Virus record (IMG/VR): IMGVR_UViG_3300006105_000077
Location: 1 to 30,615 of that record
Direction: 5' to 3' (one strand)
Length of the DNA: 30,615 nucleotides
DNA from: a virus
Taxonomy: Duplodnaviria; Caudoviricetes
Of this stretch, positions 23,918 through 30,615 are shown piece after piece. Numbering within the stretch: the first letter of the stretch is position 1; the number at the start of each line of letters is the position of its first letter. The position numbers and the translations under genes are program-made. The notes beneath the pieces were generated by a model. That model worked only from the letters and a program-made list of their open reading frames with translations, was not told the DNA's origin and ran no database searches.

Positions 23918-26358
23918 CAGTGCGCCTTCCTAACTAAAGTGCCAATCTTAATTTTGCCCGTGGATACGCGTTTGAGATGTGACGCAATGCTTTTCGTAAC
24001 AGACAATACGTTTGATGGGTCATTGAACGTTACGTCTGATTGCGATGACAATGATGAGACCGTGTTTGCGCCTAACGCAGTTGATAGCGCGCCAGGTATC
24101 ATGCCAATGCCTGAGCCTGAGCCTCTACCTAGGAGGTTAGGCTTATTATCGAATATGCCAGTCGAAAGATATCCTGGACTCGAAGTCATTTCAACGTTCA
24201 GGTCAACGTTTTGATATGAACGCATAAAGTCAGCGGTTGCGTCAACTACGTTTTGACGCAATGATTCAGCGAACGGCGTAGGCGTAAGAGTGACGGTGCC
24301 ATCGCGATTCGTTTGCGAATTTGTCATCAACGGCATTCCAATCATCGCATTTAACGCTTCAATTTGACTAATGCCCCAAGTTGTTTTCGGTTTTATTGCG
24401 TCGCCGGTGTTCTGTCTAATTTCATCAACGATCGGGCCAAAAGTAGTGTTTGCACGGAGTCCTGGTATGCGATTGGGAAGCACATCATTCATCTGTTGAT
24501 TGAAGCCAAAGCCTGCGTCGTACGGGACAACGCCAATGCTCGGGTCGGGGTTAATAAAGTAATTGCTGTCGTGACGGTCGCTGTTGCCGATAAGAGCGTC
24601 GAGCAACATCATGCGTTGCATTTGATCGAAGTTCGACGCTTGAACTGTTGCGTCGCTTGTGTGAGAAGCCGTTTTAAGTGAATTACCATTAGCATCACGG
24701 ATGCGGTCCATGATTACACCATTAAATTGCGCACCTGCTGGAAGTTTTGACGGGTCAGTGATGATAACCGCTGAGCCTGTGTAACTCGGCCGAATGTAGC
24801 ACGGAATTGTTGCAGCGTAATTTAGTCCAAGTCGTTGCGCAAGAAGAGAAGCGTACACTTCATTGCCAATTTCTTTGTAGCCGCTTGTGACTCTTTTCGC
24901 AAACAATTGACTACCATCAGCCGCTTCGACTCTAAACGTACCTGCGTTAATTGCGCCGCCTACGTTTACCTTTGTAATTTGTGCGCCTTGTGAAGCATCA
25001 AGGTTGCCTGGCTTTGCGCATGTCGCAGCGAGTTCAGCATTCGTAATGCCCCATCCGCCGTTACGCACATCACCTGCGCTGAATGGCGCGGCAGGACTTG
25101 ATGCGTCCAATTCTCGCGCACGCGCGTTTACAGCGCCAATGAATGCAGAGAATTCTTGCGTAGAGAGATTCTTTGCATTATCAATTTTTGCTTTATGCTC
25201 AAGTTTTTCTTTTTCTTCTTTCGCTCTTTTTTCTTCTTCCGCCTTAATCTTGTCTGCGGCAAGTGCTTTGTATTGCGCCCATTCGGACTCACTTGCAACT
25301 GGACGGGTCATTTGCGCCCTGCTCCACGCTCGTTGCGCAGCAGTGTACGTCTTAACGTAGACGTTTCCACCGTCGGTTTTTACGTAATAGTCAATACGCC
25401 CACGACCTTGGTCGCGAATACCGACAAGATCGCCTACAACTGTGCCTATTTCACCGTATGGAGCATCACTATTAAATGGGAGTGTTATGCGATTGCCAAC
25501 TGCAAAGTCTTCCCACGGTACGCTTCCATGAGTGCCGTACCATTTTCCATTCGCATCCATAACTGGAAATGACGGAATGCGACGTTCTTCTAGCGACGGA
25601 ACGCTTGCAACACGCGGTTCGCAAGAAACACTTGCAGACGACGGAATGACATGTGTTTCAACGCTTCCGTCTTCTTTGCGAACTTTCACTTCACGGGCAC
25701 CGCCCGGGACAGGCTTAATGCCCGTCACAACTCCTGAGACGACGAGACCGTTTAGTAGTTTCGTAATGCGGTCGCCTACTTCAACGTTTTTAATTGAGAG
25801 TGGAATCTTTTGTGCGTACTCTTTTTGAGATGACGACTCTTGTGGTGCGGGCGGTTTGACGCTTGCATCTGGCTTCACTCCAACGTCTGGCTTACCACCT
25901 CCAACGGGCTTCGCACCACCGTCCGCAGGCTTGCCACCGCCGGGCATCTTTGCGGGTGCAGTCTTCGGCTCCGCTTGCGTACCACGCGTCACAACGAATT
26001 GAACGGTGGGCTTAAAGTAGTTCGAGATGACGTGACCGTTCTTGAACTGAAGTTTGATGCGTGGCCCACGGTCTTCTTTGCCCGGCGCAGCGGGCGTAAT
26101 CGCAATCACTCGTCCACCGTCCATGAGCGGATTGCCGTGGTGAACGATGTCACCGACGCGAATCTTATCGCCATTGACGAACATTTGATTCTTGCCGTGC
26201 GGCGTGACAGTGCCGCCTTCACTCGCGAATTCACCCGCTTCAGTGCGCTCTTGCGTTGCGCCTGACACGGCGTCTTTCAAGAGAGTGCCGAGAACAATTT
26301 TGTTGGGAAGCGCCTGCTTTTGCTTCTGTACGACGCCAATGACAATCTTTTTGCTCAT
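23917..26358 (-). CDS. Cassette protein G: leader + RTxxGEF motif, three SH3-like barrels, HipA/PI3-4-kinase-like domain
   Basis: LLKDAVSGATQERTEAGEFASEGG; kinase GGAINAGTF...LFAK, NEVYAS, LDALIGNSDRHDSN, PYDAG. Confidence 0.8.
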   Translation of the reverse strand: MSKKIVIGVVQKQKQALPNKIVLGTLLKDAVSGATQERTEAGEFASEGGTVTPHGKNQMFVNGDKIRVGDIVHHGNPLMDGGRVIAITPAAPGKEDRGPRIKLQFKNGHVISNYFKPTVQFVVTRGTQAEPKTAPAKMPGGGKPADGGAKPVGGGKPDVGVKPDASVKPPAPQESSSQKEYAQKIPLSIKNVEVGDRITKLLNGLVVSGVVTGIKPVPGGAREVKVRKEDGSVETHVIPSSASVSCEPRVASVPSLEERRIPSFPVMDANGKWYGTHGSVPWEDFAVGNRITLPFNSDAPYGEIGTVVGDLVGIRDQGRGRIDYYVKTDGGNVYVKTYTAAQRAWSRAQMTRPVASESEWAQYKALAADKIKAEEEKRAKEEKEKLEHKAKIDNAKNLSTQEFSAFIGAVNARARELDASSPAAPFSAGDVRNGGWGITNAELAATCAKPGNLDASQGAQITKVNVGGAINAGTFRVEAADGSQLFAKRVTSGYKEIGNEVYASLLAQRLGLNYAATIPCYIRPSYTGSAVIITDPSKLPAGAQFNGVIMDRIRDANGNSLKTASHTSDATVQASNFDQMQRMMLLDALIGNSDRHDSNYFINPDPSIGVVPYDAGFGFNQQMNDVLPNRIPGLRANTTFGPIVDEIRQNTGDAIKPKTTWGISQIEALNAMIGMPLMTNSQTNRDGTVTLTPTPFAESLRQNVVDATADFMRSYQNVDLNVEMTSSPGYLSTGIFDNKPNLLGRGSGSGIGMIPGALSTALGANTVSSLSSQSDVTFNDPSNVLSVTKSIASHLKRVSTGKIKIGTLVRKAH

Positions 26359-26396
26359 GTGCACAATTCTACTTCACAGTGTGAAAACACATTGCG

Positions 26397-26467
26397 CTCC
26401 CGAGCAAGGATTCGAACCTCGATTCACAGAACCAAAATCTGTTGTCCTGCCGTTAGACGACTCGGGA
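26397..26467 (-). tRNA. tRNA-Gln (anticodon UUG), no encoded CCA
   Basis: Acceptor TCCCGAG/CTCGGGA, anticodon arm ACAGA-TTTTGGT-TCTGT, T-arm CGAGG-TTCGAAT-CCTTG. Confidence 0.92.
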
Positions 26468-26474
26468 ATGAGTG

Positions 26475-26774
26475 TTACGAAAGAACAGCGACGATTGCGT
26501 TGTACGCAATGTACAAGAATTCTTCACCGTCAACCTTGAACGTCTTCGCATTCCACGGTTGGAAGAGAACACGGTCGCCAGGACTCAATTGAAGGGTCAC
26601 GTGTGCACCTGAGAGGTCATACGTGTCTTCACTAACTGAGACTACTGTCGCAGTGTCAGGTGTTTCGGCGACAGTGTCGGGAAGTACGAGTCCCGACTGC
26701 GTGACGAGTTCTTCGGGCTGCGCATCGAGTTGAAGAATGACAAAGTTATTGCGAGGTGTGATGTTCGTTGACAT
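26475..26774 (-). CDS. groES: Co-chaperonin GroES (Cpn10)
   Basis: ITPRNNFVIL, TQSGLVLPD, GDRVLF, FKVDGEEFLYI...IVAVL. Confidence 0.85.
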   Translation of the reverse strand: MSTNITPRNNFVILQLDAQPEELVTQSGLVLPDTVAETPDTATVVSVSEDTYDLSGAHVTLQLSPGDRVLFQPWNAKTFKVDGEEFLYIAYNAIVAVLS

Positions 26775-26941
26775 GGCAATGACATTACTATTCACGGGCG
26801 AGTGAGGGCACGGGTAATGCACTACACTCAATTCGGGGTGAAGGGGCGATGAGTGTGTGAATATAAGGAGCGTATGAACGCGGGAAGAGTGAGAAGAGAG
26901 CGTGAGTGCTCGGAAACGCTATAACAATTTCTTCACACTTA

Positions 26942-27201
26942 GACTTTGTGTAGAAGAATTTCGTTCCGAAATTATTCTACACAAAAAGTCAAAGTCTGTG
27001 TCCGCAAAAAGTGTGTGTTTAGACGCAAGCATCAAAGACCTTGCGACGTAAGGCTTTTGACGTTAGTTTTGTATTCTTTTTTGTTTTGTATTATTTTTTT
27101 ATTAGTTTAGACGTCAAAGACCTTGTAACGTATAGTGAACGTTGAGTGAATTTTTGACGAATGAAATGATATGATGACATCATACGCAAAAAGCCTTACG
27201 T
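26942..27201. repeat. AT-rich intergenic region with long inverted repeat, direct repeats and T-tract
   Basis: Hairpin 26942-26990; TCAAAGACCTTGnnACGTA at 27032 and 27114; 13-bp IR 27046/27189. Confidence 0.7.
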
Positions 27202-27281
27202 TCAAACGATGTGTCGAAAGTAGTCAGGCAGCGTAAGGAAAATGACGCAATGGATTAAAACTATTTGATGAGAGTGAAGAG

Positions 27282-27980
27282 ATGAGACGTACATCACCGT
27301 ATGAAGGGTACATTTTGCGTGTGCTCGACATGATTCGTTCAAACGACGGCGCAATGACAAAAAGTGAAGTGACAAAGAAATGTCGCGGGAACACAAATCT
27401 TTTAGTCGCTGCAGTGAATGAAGCGATTGACGATGGTCTGCTTGATGTGAAAAAGCAACATCAAAATGCGAATGGTCGACCTTCAGCGATGCTTGTCATC
27501 ACCGCACGTGGTCGACAAGTTCATAAGCGGGCACTTCAGCGAGACATCGTTATTGTCAATGAAAAGGTGGTGCAGCCTCAATTTGCTTTCGAATCAACGT
27601 ACACTGAAGATGACTTCTTGCGCATTATGAATGTCAAAATCAGTGAAGATGACGCTTACGCGTACGCATCGTACGCAGAGAGTATCGGCGATGTGTTGTT
27701 GGCGAAGTATGATGAGTTAGCGTTGGTGAGCGTACAAGAGTTTTTGAACGACACTGCACCAACGTATTGGGCAGACAAAGAGAAGTCGGACATCGTTAAG
27801 ATGATGTACGCTGCTCAATATTGTACGAACCCTGCGCGCGTGGTCAACGTAATTGAAGGTGATGGAGTGTGGCGCATCAGCGCTTCTGACTACACAATTC
27901 AGCGTCTGCGTACGCTTGGCGATAGGTGGGCGTACAAGCGTTGGGCGAAAGAATTGTATGCGACATGGCGCTTCAATTAG
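27282..27980 (+). CDS. Hypothetical protein with N-terminal winged-helix-like domain
   Basis: RVLDMIR...MTKSEVTK...AVNEAIDDGLL...GRPS...IT-x-RG. Confidence 0.55.
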   Translation: MRRTSPYEGYILRVLDMIRSNDGAMTKSEVTKKCRGNTNLLVAAVNEAIDDGLLDVKKQHQNANGRPSAMLVITARGRQVHKRALQRDIVIVNEKVVQPQFAFESTYTEDDFLRIMNVKISEDDAYAYASYAESIGDVLLAKYDELALVSVQEFLNDTAPTYWADKEKSDIVKMMYAAQYCTNPARVVNVIEGDGVWRISASDYTIQRLRTLGDRWAYKRWAKELYATWRFN

Positions 27981-28139
27981 CCTCATGCACGTGTGTGTAT
28001 AACAACTATTAGATAGAAATATCTATGACACGAGATGATGATTGAGGGCTTTGAGTAGTGATAGCATAAATGACGTGAGTGATGAGAGAAAGCAGCACTC
28101 AACCTGGCTCACCTCAGCCCTCCATGTGAGTGGCCTCAC

Positions 28140-28420
28140 ATGTCAAGCGTCTCGCGCTCGAGACGTTGTGACGCACACGCGTGCGCGTGAGCGTGTGAGC
28201 GCGTGAGAGCGCACACATCGCGTGATGATGACGTCATCGCGTGATGATGAGTGATGATGAGCGTTGCGCATTACGCGTGATGATGAGCGTAATCGTAACG
28301 CTCATAACGATTCTTGCGTGATGAGCGTTCCACATTCCAAGGATTGTTGAATGTTGTCGATGAGTGATGATGCATCACGCGATGATGAGTGATGCGATGA
28401 GTGATGTGATGTGCGACGCA
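28140..28420. repeat. Low-complexity CGCGTGATGATGA repeat and palindrome tract
   Basis: Exact 13-mer at 28219, 28238, 28274 plus degenerate copies. Confidence 0.7.
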
Positions 28421-28672
28421 GCGTACGCTCTATCACACACTCGATGGCGACACCCCTGCAAACTCTTCACAATCGCAGGAAGAAACGAAACGTCGCAACC
28501 CTACCGAGATATGCCATGTGTCGCACGACGCGATAAGTGTAAACACATTTCATCGCGCACTACGCTTGATGAGTGTACACATCCAACTTGTTATGGAATA
28601 ATGGAACATCCACCCCACATAAAAAATGTGTGCGTTTGCGAAACGCTATAGGGTGTTTACAAGAAAAGGAGA

Positions 28673-28864
28673 ATGATGAAGAAGATACTCGACTTCATTG
28701 CCCAACTTCGTTGGGAGCGAAAGCAAGAGCGTGAGAAGTGGCACGCTTTACATGACCAAGATCGTTGCACGCGTTGTGAGATGCCTCGCAAATATCATGG
28801 GCGTATGCACTACGAAGGCAAGAGCACTTGCTCATTCTTCAAAGAGCCAGGAGTGAGCCGATGA
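28673..28864 (+). CDS. Small Cys/His protein
   Basis: AAGGAG RBS; CTRC...H...C. Confidence 0.55.
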   Translation: MMKKILDFIAQLRWERKQEREKWHALHDQDRCTRCEMPRKYHGRMHYEGKSTCSFFKEPGVSR

Positions 28865-29061
28865 CCTTTGTATACAAGGACACTGATGACCTGCTCGCTC
28901 AGGTGAACGCTTACGTCGATCGAGAGCGTGATGAATACGCTGCAATGTATCAAGCAGTGATTAACGAAGGCATCGAGGACAAACTCGACAAGATGCAAAA
29001 GAACTTGTTGCGCTTCCTCATCACTGCTGGCCTTTGTTCTCGTAAGAAAGCGTCAGTATGA
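28861..29061 (+). CDS. Hypothetical protein
   Basis: AGGAG RBS, ATGA overlaps on both sides. Confidence 0.55.
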   Translation: MTFVYKDTDDLLAQVNAYVDRERDEYAAMYQAVINEGIEDKLDKMQKNLLRFLITAGLCSRKKASV

Positions 29062-29489
29062 AGACCAACGTTGTCATCTGTGACATCGATGGGACGCTGA
29101 CAATCGAGAATCATGCGCTACGCAACCCATTTGATTGGGCGCGAGTTAGCATCGACTCACCCAACCCACCCATCGTCTATTTAGTCAACTCGTTGATTGA
29201 CGCTGGCATCGAGATTGTGTTTGTCACAGGACGCAGCGAAGAATGTCGAGAAGACACACTGACGTGGCTTGCGGACCACTTGTGGCTCAAGCGTGAGAAC
29301 ATCGAGTTGTATATGCGATCGAAAGACGATTATCGCAAGGGCCACGAAGTGAAGCGGGACATTTATCGTGAGAACATTGAAGGGAAGTGCACTATTCTCT
29401 TCTCGCTCGAAGATAAGCCGAGCCTCGTTGAGATGTGGTGCGACCTAGGATTGATGTGTCTACAAGTTAATGAAGGAGAAGATGTATGA
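29058..29489 (+). CDS. HAD-superfamily phosphatase (polynucleotide 3'-phosphatase-like)
   Basis: DIDGT, VTGR, LYMR-x-x-DDYR...VK, LED motifs as in PNKP phosphatase domain. Confidence 0.85.
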   Translation: MKTNVVICDIDGTLTIENHALRNPFDWARVSIDSPNPPIVYLVNSLIDAGIEIVFVTGRSEECREDTLTWLADHLWLKRENIELYMRSKDDYRKGHEVKRDIYRENIEGKCTILFSLEDKPSLVEMWCDLGLMCLQVNEGEDV

Positions 29490-29671
29490 CGTTCAGACAT
29501 TACAACGCAAAGAAACTTGCGTACCCAAGCGATTCGCTACGTTTCGGTTGCATGCTCAGGGCCGAAAAAGAAGTTGGCATCAATTTTGATGTGCACTTTG
29601 GCGCTCACACGTTTTCGTTCTGGTTTTACCCCACAGCAAAGTACGGGCGCGTCCCTTTCGGTGAGAGGTGA
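29486..29671 (+). CDS. Hypothetical protein
   Basis: AAGGAG RBS; coupled on both sides. Confidence 0.5.
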   Translation: MTFRHYNAKKLAYPSDSLRFGCMLRAEKEVGINFDVHFGAHTFSFWFYPTAKYGRVPFGER

Positions 29672-29862
29672 GTCGCATGAAAGAGTTGTACAGCCAAGTC
29701 ATTGAGTATGAGCAAGGCGAACTCAATGAAGAAGAGACGATTGCGCTCTTTCAGAGGTTGATTGACACAGGCGATGCGTGGAAGTTGCAAGGGCACTACG
29801 GGCGAATGGCAGCGCATCTCATCGAAATTGGAGCGTGCACGCCTGCGAAGGAGAGCGAATGA
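29668..29862 (+). CDS. Conserved small phage protein
   Basis: YEQGEL...[26 protein letters not shown]-x-G pattern. Confidence 0.65.
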   Translation: MSRMKELYSQVIEYEQGELNEEETIALFQRLIDTGDAWKLQGHYGRMAAHLIEIGACTPAKESE

Positions 29863-30470
29863 ACGCAATCGGCTACGCACGAACGTCAACGCAGAAGCAA
29901 GACCTCTCGCTCGAAGTGCAAGAGAAACGTCTACGCGCTGAGGCAGAGTACCGAGAGTTCGACTTTGAACTCATCGGCGAAAAAGTGTCAGGGTCAGTTG
30001 CTCCTCTCGAGCGTCCAGGACTCTCAGGTGCCCTCGAGAAGCTTCGCATTGGTGAGGCTAATGTACTAATGGTTGCGAAGTTGGACCGAGTCGCTAGGTC
30101 AATGGGTGACATTGCTCGCCTCCTCGAAATTTCGAAGGAGCAGCATTGGAACTTCATTGCTCTCGACTTGGGCGTTGATACGTCATCACCTGAAGGGACG
30201 TTAGTCGTAGGCATCATGGCGTCAATTGCGCAGTGGGAACGAGCGCGTATCCAAGAACGTACGCGTGAAGCGTTGACACAAGCGAAAGCGAATGGTAAGC
30301 GACTCGGACGCCCTCGAATTCACAAGGCAGATGTTGCATTGCGCGCTAAACAATTGCACGGCGAAGGCTTGTCACTGACGAAGATTGCGAGTGCTTTGTA
30401 CGATGAAGGTTTCACTTCTTCAAAAGGCACAGCCCTTGTCCCATCAGCAATTCTAAGATTAGTCAAATAA
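29859..30470 (+). CDS. Small serine recombinase (resolvase/invertase family)
   Basis: YARTSTQKQ catalytic Ser, SG...[14 protein letters not shown]-x-x-I-x-ERT, GKRLGRP, C-terminal HTH; AAGGAG RBS. Confidence 0.9.
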   Translation: MNAIGYARTSTQKQDLSLEVQEKRLRAEAEYREFDFELIGEKVSGSVAPLERPGLSGALEKLRIGEANVLMVAKLDRVARSMGDIARLLEISKEQHWNFIALDLGVDTSSPEGTLVVGIMASIAQWERARIQERTREALTQAKANGKRLGRPRIHKADVALRAKQLHGEGLSLTKIASALYDEGFTSSKGTALVPSAILRLVK

Positions 30471-30473
30471 GTA

Positions 30474-30502
30474 TGTACATTTGAGCATAAAGTTGTTATT
30501 GT
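30474..30502 (+). promoter_or_regulatory. Sigma70/SigA-type promoter with extended -10
   Basis: TGTACA-17 nt-TATTGT with TG extension. Confidence 0.5.
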
Positions 30503-30538
30503 TTCTTTCGGACCCAACGTTCAGTAAAGGAGAAATGC

Positions 30539-30615
30539 ATGGGACTGCAGATAAAAGACAGCATTGAAGGATTGCAAACGTATCGAAACGTTTTGCACAT
30601 TCTGTTTGAGAAGAA
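30539..30615 (+). CDS. Start of a gene running off the window
   Basis: AAAGGAG RBS; open frame MGLQIKDSIEGLQTYRNVLHILFEK. Confidence 0.5.
   Translation, partial: MGLQIKDSIEGLQTYRNVLHILFEK

Noticed and set aside
28200-28420. CRISPR array
   Set aside because: Repeats are 13 nt, low-complexity and irregularly spaced, without unique 30-40 nt spacers; no cas operon.
28364-28651. 95-aa ORF from the track
   Set aside because: Its Met/Asp-rich start derives from the GATGAT repeats; no RBS or recognisable motif.
419-30517. Numerous antisense or alternate-frame ORFs in the track (e.g. 687-1250 -, 3973-4530 -, 25156-25572 +)
   Set aside because: They overlap well-supported genes and lack RBS and motifs; treated as shadow ORFs.
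30539-30615. Thymidylate-synthase-like N-terminus (YRNVLHILFEK)
   Set aside because: Only 25 codons are visible, which is too little to call.

Overview
This window is a dense, roughly 50% GC (by eye) fragment of a tailed-phage genome. Two WhiB genes, an Rpf-like transglycosylase and leaderless TAGAAT promoters point to an Actinomycetota host. No capsid, portal, protease or tail genes lie in the window. From left to right: a recombination/SSB module (exonuclease end, Sak4-like AAA ATPase, DUF669 SSB); a DNA-modification module (glycosyltransferase, dUTPase/MazG-like enzyme, divergent C5 cytosine methyltransferase); accessory genes (DUF6011-like, DUF932); an Rpf-like gene; a + strand cluster of modular proteins (8.5-15.6 kb); a - strand block with Prim-Pol/helicase, WhiBs, many small ORFs, an 813-aa HipA-like kinase protein, tRNA-Gln(UUG) and groES; two repeat-rich non-coding regions; a HAD phosphatase; and a serine recombinase. 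The most striking signal is a family of seven proteins with eight copies of a cassette: a short leader ending in hydrophobic-x-K, then an R-D-x-x-G-(R/E)-(W/F) motif, then a variable payload (two ADP-ribosyltransferases, two kinase-like domains, His/Ala helical domains). A decayed ninth motif copy lies just past a stop codon. I infer a system of virion-packaged, protease-processed, injected effectors. A second signal is that GATC is strongly depleted, and every surviving site I found by manual scan is GATCG.
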